This document shows positions 16,403 to 26,055 of a DNA stretch of 37,476 nt, in pieces; the first letter of the stretch is position 1; each line of letters opens with the position of its first letter. The position numbers and the translations under genes are program-made. Under the pieces are notes generated by a model. It ran no database searches, was not told where the DNA came from, and saw only the letters and a list, made by a program, of their open reading frames with translations. Origin of the DNA: a virus. Taxonomy: Duplodnaviria; Caudoviricetes. The stretch is taken from the IMG/VR virus record IMGVR_UViG_3300023246_000127, positions 1-37,476 of that record; one strand, given 5' to 3'.

Positions 16403-18535
16403 ATGGCAAACAAGAATTTTAATGACACAACGCTTAAACAACCAGAAACTAAAGACGATGAAGACAAGGTACTTAAGCTTGATTTAGGCACTGGTATTGT
16501 TGAAAGCAACGCAGTAGAGAACATTTACGATCAAGATTATCTTAATGTCATTGATTTAAGCAAGAAAATGGCTTCTGATGGCAAGAGAACCAAAGAGGAA
16601 GAGCTTTTAGACTTGGTTTATGATGATATAACGAAGTCAATTAGCGCGAGTGCTGGTATGCGTAACAAACTAAGAAAGTATGAGATGATAGCTAACTGTG
16701 AACCTGACCCCAAAAACAATAATATGTACTGGTCGGGGTCAAGTAACGTAAGAAGTCCGTTAGGCGCGAAGATACTAGAAGGAAAGTTTTGTAGATGGAT
16801 TACATCGATGTTCGGAGTAAATCCTATATGTTTAATAGATATACTCGATTATGACGGCAAGAAGAAAGACAAAGATGGGAACATTGTTAATAGCAGAGAA
16901 GAGAAGAGTAATAGAGCTACCGCAGTTGAAGCATACTTCCATTATATATTCACAAGGATAATCAAAGGCGTTGATACATATAGGGACATACTGACCAATA
17001 CAGGCACACATAACACGGGTCTTGCCCTTCTATGGTTTGACTGTGAGTATAAGAAGAAACAGCTACATAATGTATCGTATAAGCAGACAATAGAGTTTAA
17101 GTCAGATTTCAAAGATGCGAAAGAAGCGGGAATACCCGAAGAAGAGTATAACTCATTAATAGCTAAGTTAGATGCAGGAGAAGAAGTCGTTATACCTAAG
17201 ATTACCAAACTTGAGAAGGCGAAGGAAATACCTAAACTTGAGAGTATTAATAGAGACGACTTTATTATTCTACCTGACAATGCTAAGAACCTTGAGATTG
17301 CTAGAGGACACGGATACAAGTTTGAACTGTCGTGGGATGGCCTAAAGAAAGGTGAAGCTGAAAAGAGATACAAGAATGTTGATAAGTTAAAGAACAATTT
17401 TAAGCCAAGTGATACAGGCGAAGTAAACCAGCAAAAGAACTTAAATGAAGGTAAAGACGGGGAGGATACGGAAGAGTACAGAAAGCGTATGCACAACGTA
17501 TATAAGCTCATTTATAAGTATCAAGTAGACGATGAAGGTATAGCCGACACACTTATATTGACTTTTAGCTATGATTGTAAGCAGTTTATCAGAACAGAGG
17601 TATGGGATGAGAACCTTTATATTATACCACATAGAATAAGGAAGAAACCCGGTAGATTTGACGGTATAGGAACAATTAAGATGGTTGAGCCTATGAACGA
17701 TCAAACGGACACTATTTATAACCTTAGAAACAATGCGGCCAAGATAGTATGTAGTCCAAGTTTCAAGGCCAAGAATAACACGTCATTCGACCCCTACGAA
17801 CAGGAGTGGATGCCAGGTGCGATATTCTGGCTTGACAATATGGGCGATGTCGACCAATTCCAAGTAACTAACAATTTCCCAGAACTGTTTCAAGAAGAGG
17901 TATTACAAGATAGATACGCACAAGAGAAGACTGGTATCACCTCGGCTAGTGGTGGCCGTGAGTCTCCTAACGATCCTAACGCACCCGGTAACAAGACTAT
18001 CGCACTTATCCAAGAAGGGAACATTATAACCAATGAGGATATAGCGTGTCTTAGAACGAGTGTGGAAGAGGTATTTTACTACATATTACAGATGTGTGCT
18101 AAGTATCTTCCGGACAACGATAAGTACCTTAAAAAGTTCGGATTGACTAAGGAAGACCTTAAAATCAGTCTTGAAGAGGTGTCTTTACATGGTATAGATA
18201 TAACATTCAACAAAGAAGTAAGAAAGCAACAGGAAATGCTATTTTATAACATATACGGACAGGATCCTATCATAAGAGAGAACTTAAACTCTGCTACTGA
18301 TATGTTAAAGAGTGGGTTTAGGGCATGGGGTAGAGATAAGCTTGAACTACTACCTACAACTGAAGAAGTAAAGGAAATACAGATACAAATACAAATGGAA
18401 GCTATGCGACGACTTGAAAGGGAAAACATAGCTAAGATGGAAGAGCAGAACGTGGCGGAATCGCAGAGACAAGTAGATAAAGGTGTGAAACCACCGCCAC
18501 CACCTCCACCACCAGCGGAGTTAATAGAAGAATGA
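16403..18535 (+). CDS. Portal protein (podovirus/P22-like size class)
   Basis: Position after terminase; ~710 aa; W.GSSNV, PGRFDGIG, PGAIFW, TGITSAS.G and TIALIQEG motifs; GAGG RBS before ATG 16403. Confidence 0.85.
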   Translation: MANKNFNDTTLKQPETKDDEDKVLKLDLGTGIVESNAVENIYDQDYLNVIDLSKKMASDGKRTKEEELLDLVYDDITKSISASAGMRNKLRKYEMIANCEPDPKNNNMYWSGSSNVRSPLGAKILEGKFCRWITSMFGVNPICLIDILDYDGKKKDKDGNIVNSREEKSNRATAVEAYFHYIFTRIIKGVDTYRDILTNTGTHNTGLALLWFDCEYKKKQLHNVSYKQTIEFKSDFKDAKEAGIPEEEYNSLIAKLDAGEEVVIPKITKLEKAKEIPKLESINRDDFIILPDNAKNLEIARGHGYKFELSWDGLKKGEAEKRYKNVDKLKNNFKPSDTGEVNQQKNLNEGKDGEDTEEYRKRMHNVYKLIYKYQVDDEGIADTLILTFSYDCKQFIRTEVWDENLYIIPHRIRKKPGRFDGIGTIKMVEPMNDQTDTIYNLRNNAAKIVCSPSFKAKNNTSFDPYEQEWMPGAIFWLDNMGDVDQFQVTNNFPELFQEEVLQDRYAQEKTGITSASGGRESPNDPNAPGNKTIALIQEGNIITNEDIACLRTSVEEVFYYILQMCAKYLPDNDKYLKKFGLTKEDLKISLEEVSLHGIDITFNKEVRKQQEMLFYNIYGQDPIIRENLNSATDMLKSGFRAWGRDKLELLPTTEEVKEIQIQIQMEAMRRLERENIAKMEEQNVAESQRQVDKGVKPPPPPPPPAELIEE

Positions 18536-19206
18536 ACTATCTAGTAGCAAAGTACAATAATTTAATAAATAAAAAGAATATGGTTAATGCTAACGCAGAC
18601 GATTGGTTCAATCCACCAAATAGCACACCGCGACAACCAGCGCGTATGCCTACGCCTGACTTTCCGAGTGGAATAAAGAAAAATCAACCTCCACGCGAAA
18701 AAAATGCAGACGATTGGTTCAATCCACCACAACCACTACCACCAACACAGCAAAAACCTAATTATGAGGAAGAACTTATACGTCAACTAAAAGAGAAGGG
18801 ACAGGACGTTACACAAGAAGAGTACGACAAACTACTAAAAGAATATATAAGTGCAAAAGAAAGTGGTTATGAACCACCACAATCTACGAATCCAATTGAC
18901 GAGAGACAATGGCACTCAAATCCACACCCCATCAACCCTGTTCATCAACCAGTTAAGTTACCAGTTACACAAGAAAAATCAATAGCACTATCGGGCAATA
19001 GTAGATTATTAGAAAATAGAGCTAGTATGCCTAATTATGGCGCAAATCGAGGATATCAAATACCGTTTAACCCATTTTCAGCACAATACTCACAACAGAA
19101 ACCACAGTCAATGACGGTGAATAGTACACGTAATTTACTAGGAAAGAAATATAATAATAAAAATCTAGGAAGTAAGTTTGCCAATAAAAAGAATTATAAT
19201 TTTTAA
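18532..19206 (+). CDS. Pro/Gln/Asn-rich, probably disordered protein
   Basis: 224-aa ORF; NADDWFNPP occurs twice; ATGA-coupled to the portal gene. Confidence 0.65.
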   Translation: MNYLVAKYNNLINKKNMVNANADDWFNPPNSTPRQPARMPTPDFPSGIKKNQPPREKNADDWFNPPQPLPPTQQKPNYEEELIRQLKEKGQDVTQEEYDKLLKEYISAKESGYEPPQSTNPIDERQWHSNPHPINPVHQPVKLPVTQEKSIALSGNSRLLENRASMPNYGANRGYQIPFNPFSAQYSQQKPQSMTVNSTRNLLGKKYNNKNLGSKFANKKNYNF

Positions 19207-19230
19207 TCGAAACAATCGGAAGGAGAATAA

Positions 19231-19548
19231 ATGGATAACAAAGATAAAATTGGAAGTTTGCAGTCTAAAATAGATAAGTCAGCAAGGTTTGATCGGTTGA
19301 AAGAAAACCCGGACTTCAAACTGTTTTTAGATGAGGTTAAGAGTAAAAGAGACGTTTATTACGCGGAGTTGAACGATTTCGGAAAAGGAAAAGAGTTAAG
19401 CATGGAGCAGAACTATATAAGATTGATTGAAGCACAGCTAAGAATGGAGAGCTTTAACATGGTTTTAATATTGTGTGACAGCTTTAAGAACATAGCCAAA
19501 CACGCAAAATCACAGATAGACAAGATAAAAGCACAAGAAGTTGAGTAA
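19231..19548 (+). CDS. Helical hypothetical protein between portal and scaffold
   Basis: LKENPDFKLF pattern; AAGGAG RBS. Confidence 0.7.
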   Translation: MDNKDKIGSLQSKIDKSARFDRLKENPDFKLFLDEVKSKRDVYYAELNDFGKGKELSMEQNYIRLIEAQLRMESFNMVLILCDSFKNIAKHAKSQIDKIKAQEVE

Positions 19549-19563
19549 AACTCACTTTATTAA

Positions 19564-19587
19564 GCCGAACCTGCGGCGTAAATCAGG
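19564..19587 (+). promoter_or_regulatory. H-type RNA pseudoknot candidate upstream of the scaffold gene
   Basis: Stem 1 gccg/cggc (19564-67/19574-77); stem 2 cctg/cagg (19570-73/19584-87). Confidence 0.5.
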
Positions 19588-19607
19588 GTAGAATAAAGGA
19601 GAGTACG

Positions 19608-20513
19608 ATGGTAGAAGCAAAGGAAGTTAAAGAAGTCAAAGAACCTGAAGTCAAGGAAGTTAAGACTAAGGAAGATGTGATCGAAAACGGGTCAAATCTT
19701 ATCAAAGAAACACTTGGTAAGATTAAAGAATCCGAAGAAGAGGTCGTTAAAGAAGATGACACAAAAGGAAAACCGACCGAAGCCAAGAAGGAAGAAGTAG
19801 AAGAGGGTGACGATAAGGTAAAAGAGGTTACTAAAAAGGAAACTGAACCTATCCCGTATCACAGATTTGCTGAAGTAAACGAGGAAAAGAAGGCGTTAAA
19901 ACAGCAAATGAACGCTATGCAAGGTCAAATGCGTATGATGCAAGAGCTTATTATTCAGAAAGGCGATAAAGTCTCAAAGAGTGATAGGCAAGACACAAAC
20001 GAAAAATACGCTAAAGAAATTGCAGAAGAACAGGATATGGACATTGAATCTGCTCGTAAGCTTACAAAAAAGATGTCTGCTATGGTTAGAGAAGGTGCTA
20101 CCGAGCTTGTATCTAAAGAGTTAAGTGCATTGAAGAACCAAACGTCGGGATTGCTTGTAAATCAGGCAATAACCGAAGCTCTTGAAAAGTATCCGCGCGG
20201 TAAAACGTACAAGAAAGACGTGTACGACGTTGTTATGGGACTTAAAATAGACCTTAGAACGAACCCTGACGTGATTATAGATGCGGCGAAATTAGTGGTA
20301 GCTGACAAAGTAGACGAGATAGAGAAACAAGCAGAGGAAAGAGCCTTAAAAAAACACTCTGAACAGAAGAAAATCGTTATTTCTGGTGTTGAATCTCCCG
20401 GTGGTTCCCCCGCAAAGAGCGTTGAGGAATTAACCGATGCACAGAAGGCTATGGCGAGAAAATATGGCGTATCGGAAGAAAAGTACGCCGCCAATATGAG
20501 GAAGGTATCTTGA
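19608..20513 (+). CDS. Capsid scaffolding protein
   Basis: Acidic disordered N-terminus, IPYHRFAEVNEEKK, coiled coil, C-terminal LTDAQKAMARKYGVSEEKY helix pair. Confidence 0.8.
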   Translation: MVEAKEVKEVKEPEVKEVKTKEDVIENGSNLIKETLGKIKESEEEVVKEDDTKGKPTEAKKEEVEEGDDKVKEVTKKETEPIPYHRFAEVNEEKKALKQQMNAMQGQMRMMQELIIQKGDKVSKSDRQDTNEKYAKEIAEEQDMDIESARKLTKKMSAMVREGATELVSKELSALKNQTSGLLVNQAITEALEKYPRGKTYKKDVYDVVMGLKIDLRTNPDVIIDAAKLVVADKVDEIEKQAEERALKKHSEQKKIVISGVESPGGSPAKSVEELTDAQKAMARKYGVSEEKYAANMRKVS

Positions 20514-20710
20514 AAGATTTAAGCAGAAGTCCCACGTCAAGAGGAGTTGGTGTAAAACTCGAAATAACTGGAGTTGAATCGGTTGAATCTACACGACAAT
20601 CGGATAAGGTGTTTGTACGGTGTAAACGGTGCGGAACTCCCGTAAACCAAGCCAAACATTCGAGGTGTCCGTATTGTGAAATAGAGAACTATTGGAAGGT
20701 AAACAACTAA
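20510..20710 (+). CDS. Small Zn-finger protein
   Basis: RCKRCG...CPYC; TTGA overlap. Confidence 0.65.
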   Translation: MKDLSRSPTSRGVGVKLEITGVESVESTRQSDKVFVRCKRCGTPVNQAKHSRCPYCEIENYWKVNN

Positions 20711-20979
20711 TGCTGATAAAAGCACATAACAGCAATTACGATAAACGTAGTGGAAGGGGTTTTAAGTGTAGTCAATGTGGAGCAATAAAAGATGATATAC
20801 AGTTCATTGAAAAGGTTTATGGTGGTATGTTCTCAAGGTGGCGATGTGCAAAATGCGGAAACACGTGGAGATATGACGAAACACCACCTATGAGTGCGGA
20901 AGAATTGAAGCACGATAAGAGAGCGAGAGAAATATCAGACCCCATGAAATCTTTTACAAGAGGACTGAAGAAAATATAG
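20710..20979 (+). CDS. Small Zn-ribbon protein
   Basis: CSQCG...CAKCG; TAATG coupling at 20710. Confidence 0.65.
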   Translation: MLIKAHNSNYDKRSGRGFKCSQCGAIKDDIQFIEKVYGGMFSRWRCAKCGNTWRYDETPPMSAEELKHDKRAREISDPMKSFTRGLKKI

Positions 20980-20988
20980 GAGGAAACA

Positions 20989-21729
20989 ATGAGATTTCAT
21001 TATGATTTAACACAAGCAGAGGAAATATATAGGGATGTACCAGTATATGATGCTGCTTCTATGGAAAATGGTGAGCTGGTAATGTTGGGAACGACTGCTG
21101 ATGACAGCAATGCTGATCAGGGTGTATCTTTTATAACGGCTTACACCGGTGGCGCTGCCGAAGCGGTTGATGCGTTAGGTACAATATGTGAAGATTTTTC
21201 AACAGCAGCCGATATAGACAATACGCCCGTACAGGACTGTAAATATTTAAAATGTATTGTGAATCCATTTGCTGTTTATTTAGCAGAATATTCGCAAGGC
21301 ACGTCAGATGACGTTGCGGTAACAACCGGAAGTACCGGAACCACGCTTACTATTGGTTCTTTAGAAGATAACTGGGATGCTGGTTGGGTATATTTAATAG
21401 CATCTTCGGGTTCTTTACGTCAGAATGTTGCTTGCGCTTCTGGATCTCTAACTATGGATAGTGCCCTAACGGTCACTACTTCAAGTCGGATAATCAAGAT
21501 ACGTCCAGTAAACTCAAGGTTAACGAACTTGAACACGGCGGCGACAATGCTAACAAGTGCAGCGGCAGTACCCGATGGAATATCTTTGCACGTTGTTAAA
21601 AACTGGATGACACACGACGGTCAGATACTTTTACCTTTAAGGTATGCGAATAGAGGTACGGACGGGCTAACGAATGTGAAGTTATATTCAGATTTAGCTA
21701 TGCTTGACCATGTTTACAACAATGCGTAA
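20989..21729 (+). CDS. Putative capsid decoration/cement protein
   Basis: Beta-rich, Ala/Thr/Gly-rich; directly before the capsid gene; AGGAGG RBS. Confidence 0.6.
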   Translation: MRFHYDLTQAEEIYRDVPVYDAASMENGELVMLGTTADDSNADQGVSFITAYTGGAAEAVDALGTICEDFSTAADIDNTPVQDCKYLKCIVNPFAVYLAEYSQGTSDDVAVTTGSTGTTLTIGSLEDNWDAGWVYLIASSGSLRQNVACASGSLTMDSALTVTTSSRIIKIRPVNSRLTNLNTAATMLTSAAAVPDGISLHVVKNWMTHDGQILLPLRYANRGTDGLTNVKLYSDLAMLDHVYNNA

Positions 21730-21768
21730 GTTAGTATTTCAAAATTAAAAGATTAATAGGAGGATATA

Positions 21769-22680
21769 ATGCATACTAGTGAGAAATGGCCAGATTTATT
21801 GGAGCCAAATGTAAAAGTGTTGTCCGATGAGGCAACGAGGTTTGACAGCAAGTCGTCTATGCTTTCAAAAATATTTGACATGAAAAAATCAGGTAAATCG
21901 TACGAGAAGTTTAGTTCTGCTTCAACGGTTGACGATTTTGAGTCATTTACAGGAACAGTTGGATATTCAGACACCTTTCAAGGATTCGATACACGTATTG
22001 AGTTCCCTGAATTTGTCAAAGGTATAAAGATAGAGCGTAAACTAAAAGACGATGACGAAACTAACATCATAGCAAGTCGTTCGGCTTCTATTGGTCATTC
22101 GTATGTTCGGTCGCGCGAAAAGGTTGGTGCGCAGGTATGGAATGAAGCGTTTACTACTGATTCAAACGATAATGTAACACATTCAGAAGGTGGCGAACTA
22201 TGCGCCTCTGACCATGCGTACACTAACGGTTCAACCGCAACACAGTCAAACGAAGGCACAACTGCTTTTAGTGCGACTTCTGTTGAAGCTACACGCCAGT
22301 TAATGTGTGCTTTTAGAGGAGATAACCAAGAGATTATATCAATCAATCCCGATACACTCCTTGTCCCTATTGGGCTTGAAGAAACTGGGTTTGAGATAAT
22401 CAATTCTAAAGGAAAAATCAATACCGACGCTAATAACGTCAACTTCCATGAAGGTAAGTACAAACTTATGGTATGGAAGAACTTTCTAACCGATGCTAAT
22501 AACTGGTTTATGATAGATTATAACCTCATGAAACAGTTTTTAAAATGGTATGATCGTATTCCTTTGGAAGTCAACCAAGACAGCGATTCCGATACACTTG
22601 TTGCTAAGTATATTGGTTATTGTCGTTTCTGGCGTTGGTGGATCAACTGGAGATTTTGTTTTGGTCATTTAGTAGGCTAA
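21769..22680 (+). CDS. Major capsid protein (Mu gpT-like HK97 fold)
   Basis: LLEP...IF, IERKLxDDD, G..LCASDH, INPDTLLVP..LE..G.EI, LTDANNWFMID, NWRF.FG; followed by a strong hairpin. Confidence 0.9.
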   Translation: MHTSEKWPDLLEPNVKVLSDEATRFDSKSSMLSKIFDMKKSGKSYEKFSSASTVDDFESFTGTVGYSDTFQGFDTRIEFPEFVKGIKIERKLKDDDETNIIASRSASIGHSYVRSREKVGAQVWNEAFTTDSNDNVTHSEGGELCASDHAYTNGSTATQSNEGTTAFSATSVEATRQLMCAFRGDNQEIISINPDTLLVPIGLEETGFEIINSKGKINTDANNVNFHEGKYKLMVWKNFLTDANNWFMIDYNLMKQFLKWYDRIPLEVNQDSDSDTLVAKYIGYCRFWRWWINWRFCFGHLVG

Positions 22681-22687
22681 TTTAAAA

Positions 22688-22721
22688 GGGGAGGGGTAGG
22701 GTATCCTATCTCTCCCTATTT
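22688..22721 (+). terminator. Hairpin after the capsid gene
   Basis: gggaggggtagg-gtat-cctatctctccc followed by tattt. Confidence 0.7.
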
Positions 22722-22740
22722 AACCTTAACAGGAGGAAAA

Positions 22741-23244
22741 ATGGGAAGGCAGATGAGTATTCAGGAACAAGTAAGAAAGCATAAAGGTTATTTGACAACG
22801 AATGAGGAACAGGAAAGGCGACAGCGAATATCTAACAACGAGGGATGGCTTAAAACTCACAAAAGTTCAGAGTATAGGCGTGTTCGGAATATGGACGAGT
22901 CTTATGTAATTAAGCAGTTATCTACCGACAAAAAGACCTTAAACGAACGAGCTGCGCCAAGAGACTTAAAGGGTACTGAACGAACGAAATTGTATACGAG
23001 AGTAAAGTACCTTGAGGGTAAAATTCGTGATGGTATGCCTACTAGAGACGAGATGATGGGGAAACGACACAGTAACCCCGGAAACCCTAATAGTAAGTAC
23101 CAAGAAGCAAGACCCGGCGATGTCAAAAAACACATGAAATGGCTTTCTGCAACTCAAAAGTATCAAGACGAATGGAAGAAGATAATGAGAATACTTGAGC
23201 CTGACGATCCTGAAGCTGCTAATGTTGAAAGGTTAAGGAAATAA
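22741..23244 (+). CDS. Basic hypothetical protein in the structural module
   Basis: AGGAGG RBS; 167 aa; no signal peptide. Confidence 0.75.
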   Translation: MGRQMSIQEQVRKHKGYLTTNEEQERRQRISNNEGWLKTHKSSEYRRVRNMDESYVIKQLSTDKKTLNERAAPRDLKGTERTKLYTRVKYLEGKIRDGMPTRDEMMGKRHSNPGNPNSKYQEARPGDVKKHMKWLSATQKYQDEWKKIMRILEPDDPEAANVERLRK

Positions 23245-23259
23245 AATGAGGAGGAAAAA

Positions 23260-24120
23260 ATGAAAAATATATTAATAAGCATAGCGTTAGTAGCTTTTGT
23301 ACTTGTTCCAAGCTATGCTGTTGGCGGTCACAATGGAACGTACGCCATAGAAGTAACTGGAACTCCAGACACGATAACGCCCGACGTAACAGTTGGTGCG
23401 GGGTGTGCTTATGTTGAAAACACACTTGAGGTAGATGGTGCGACTAGATTTGACGGTGCGGTGACGTTTAATGGTGCGATTGTGTCTTCTGATAGTTTCG
23501 TAAACATAGTGTACCCACTAACTGACCTAGCTGCTTCTGATGGAAACATCTACGTATCGTCAACTGGTGCGAGTGTTGGAAGTTTCGGTGTTGATAGATC
23601 GATGAATATAAGTTTACTACAAGCGGGTGGTACTACGTGGACACTAGCAAAGGCAGACTATACCGATGCTATTCATGCACGGAATATATCCGCCGTTATG
23701 AGGTCAACGTCTACTGCGTCAGATGCAATTTTGGAATCTAGTGCTACACTAACCATTTTAGGGTATACGGCACGTGGAGAACTAGAATCTGATACAATCT
23801 CGATGATAGACCATACGGTAAGGTACAGCAATAAGGCGTTTCTGTCTGTTGTTAGCTTTACTGTAAGCGATGCAACGGCCACGTGGAGTTCCGTAGGTTA
23901 TGCGGCACGTAAAGTTGGATTTGAGATAGGTACAAGCAATAAGATAGGACTACCTATTGATATCGACACTACTGCCGATATTTTCAAGGTTATTGTAGCC
24001 GGAGCTACTGAATCGTCTTCTGATTATACGGCAAATCACGTATATAATACGATAGACTTTTCAAGTGACGGCGATGCTTCAAGGGACTACGAGGTATACA
24101 TAAAAGTAAAGCAAAGATAA
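23260..24120 (+). CDS. Putative virion structural protein with signal peptide
   Basis: MKNILISIALVAFVLVPSYA|; beta-rich, ARNI...TILG...G...D motif; GAGGAGG RBS; followed by a strong hairpin. Confidence 0.75.
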   Translation: MKNILISIALVAFVLVPSYAVGGHNGTYAIEVTGTPDTITPDVTVGAGCAYVENTLEVDGATRFDGAVTFNGAIVSSDSFVNIVYPLTDLAASDGNIYVSSTGASVGSFGVDRSMNISLLQAGGTTWTLAKADYTDAIHARNISAVMRSTSTASDAILESSATLTILGYTARGELESDTISMIDHTVRYSNKAFLSVVSFTVSDATATWSSVGYAARKVGFEIGTSNKIGLPIDIDTTADIFKVIVAGATESSSDYTANHVYNTIDFSSDGDASRDYEVYIKVKQR

Positions 24121-24127
24121 ACGAAAC

Positions 24128-24161
24128 GGTGAGGAGTATCTATAAAAGGGTACTCTTCACC
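24128..24161 (+). terminator. 14-bp stem-loop (terminator or mRNA stabiliser)
   Basis: ggtgaggagtatct / gggtactcttcacc. Confidence 0.65.
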
Positions 24162-24188
24162 AATTTGTTGACAAGGGAGGTGTTTTAA

Positions 24189-24563
24189 GTGAACAGAAAT
24201 ATTATACATTCAGAATCATTACAAGATACCGACGGTACGAAATGGGAATCAAAGGCAATGACAACCTCTGCCGCAACGTATTATAGTGACAAAATACCGG
24301 TTAAGTTTAGTACAGGAAATTCTTCGTTACTTGTTAAGACTAGCGCAGGTTCTTTAGCTATTACAGTTGAGTTATCGTTAAACGGTGATGATTGGTACAC
24401 GCCATACGATACAGACGGAAACGACCTCGGTGCTTTAGTTTCGGCATTAACAGCAGATAGATGGATTGTTTATAACCCACAAATAACATTATACAAACGG
24501 TTCAAATTCGTTTTGACAGTTGCAAATTCAACCGTATCAGCTAGATATATTCAACAAGAATAA
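24189..24563 (+). CDS. Small beta-sandwich structural protein (no signal peptide)
   Basis: ITVELSLNGDDWY...YKRFKF pattern; GGGAGG RBS with GTG start. Confidence 0.65.
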   Translation: MNRNIIHSESLQDTDGTKWESKAMTTSAATYYSDKIPVKFSTGNSSLLVKTSAGSLAITVELSLNGDDWYTPYDTDGNDLGALVSALTADRWIVYNPQITLYKRFKFVLTVANSTVSARYIQQE

Positions 24564-24574
24564 AGGAGAGTGAA

Positions 24575-24976
24575 ATGAAGCGGTATTTTTTATTTACAAT
24601 GTTTATTTTTTTTGCGGTATCAGCACACGCAGGTATGTTTGGTGTTAAACTTCAAAAGATAAACAAAGGGCCAGATAGGAGAGACTTTAACCTAACAATA
24701 ACGTCAGGCACAGCAATCGGTGGTGTTGATCAAGGTTCTACAATTCTAAGTACAACCGAAGCATCTATTTGTAATGACGTAGACTTCATAGTAAGAACAA
24801 GCACGCTCTATACCTCATATTTTTCTAGTTTTTCAACTACTGGCTCGGACTGTCGTATGTGGGTTCCCGGTGAGGCATATAGCTTTGGAGGTAGAAACAA
24901 TAAACCAGTCTATGGTAAGACCGCAGATGAAACTTCTAACTCGGCAAGAATAGATGGTGCTATATTTAAAGACTAA
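24575..24976 (+). CDS. Putative virion protein with signal peptide
   Basis: MKRYFLFTMFIFFAVSAHA|; AAGGAG RBS. Confidence 0.7.
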   Translation: MKRYFLFTMFIFFAVSAHAGMFGVKLQKINKGPDRRDFNLTITSGTAIGGVDQGSTILSTTEASICNDVDFIVRTSTLYTSYFSSFSTTGSDCRMWVPGEAYSFGGRNNKPVYGKTADETSNSARIDGAIFKD

Positions 24977-24984
24977 GAGGTTAA

Positions 24985-26055
24985 ATGAAAAAACTATTTT
25001 TAGCCATATTATTACTTGGTATATCCATTCCTTGTTTTGGTGGAGAATTGACTCAATACATTGATACTGATGTTGTTGGTGGAACTGGTGATGGTTCTTC
25101 TTGGGTTAATGCCTACTCTGCAACTGGTTTGTGGGAAGCACAGAACTTAAACCTAACCGACAATGGTGGAGATTCTCTAACTGTAAATTGTAGAGGAATA
25201 TTAGCAGATACAACTGGATTTAATCTTGATGGGTGGACTTGCAATGCAACAAACTATCCTACTCTTGTTGGCGATTGGACACCACCTGCTTCTGGTGATA
25301 TGTATGATACAACTAAATTTAGACTTGAATTGGTTGGCGCACACAAACTAAAAGCATACAGGACAGTTAAGCTTGAGAACATACAAATTAAGTTTACTGC
25401 TAGTGGTAATGGTCAGAATGTGTGTACTCTTTGGAATCTTAATGCAGGTAAAATAGTTTTAGAAAACTGTATTTTAAAAGCCGTCCTTGGTGCGTACACT
25501 GAAATGAAGAGTCTTATGGCAAATAATAGTGGGACAGGAACCCCAACTTATTTTATAAACTGTTTATTCTATGATTGGACTGGTGCGTGGAGCAGACCGA
25601 TAACAACCGACATAGGTGGGAATACCGTAAACATATATAACTGTACATTTTATAATTGTGAAAGAATCGCTGAAAATAGAGGTGGTGGAACAATAATAGC
25701 AACAAACAATATTTTCCATACTGTAAACACAGTAGATATTTATCAAGGTGGAGGTATGGGAACTATCACGCTTTTAACAAACGACACATCCAACGGAGAT
25801 TATTTTGTTGATGCGAGTGGTAGTGACTTTCATGTAAATTCAGATACCGCAGTAGTTGTTGGTGCAGGTACAGATTTAGCGACTATATTTACAACCGATA
25901 TGGCAGGTGTTACTCGTAGTAGTCCATGGACTATTGGTGCTTTTGAATTCTTTGTTGCTACACCGACTCCGACACCATCTACATCGTCAAGCTCAAGACT
26001 AGAACAAAATAATCTCGAACTATTTTTTAAGAGAAGGGGTAAGAGGGTTAAATGA
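24985..26055 (+). CDS. Pectin-lyase-like beta-helix protein with signal peptide (tail spike/adhesin candidate)
   Basis: MKKLFLAILLLGISIPCFG|; YID...G.GDGSSWxNAY, NCLFY/NCTFYN/NNIF repeats, DFH...GAG...TDMAGxxR..PWxIGAFEF. Confidence 0.75.
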   Translation: MKKLFLAILLLGISIPCFGGELTQYIDTDVVGGTGDGSSWVNAYSATGLWEAQNLNLTDNGGDSLTVNCRGILADTTGFNLDGWTCNATNYPTLVGDWTPPASGDMYDTTKFRLELVGAHKLKAYRTVKLENIQIKFTASGNGQNVCTLWNLNAGKIVLENCILKAVLGAYTEMKSLMANNSGTGTPTYFINCLFYDWTGAWSRPITTDIGGNTVNIYNCTFYNCERIAENRGGGTIIATNNIFHTVNTVDIYQGGGMGTITLLTNDTSNGDYFVDASGSDFHVNSDTAVVVGAGTDLATIFTTDMAGVTRSSPWTIGAFEFFVATPTPTPSTSSSSRLEQNNLELFFKRRGKRVK

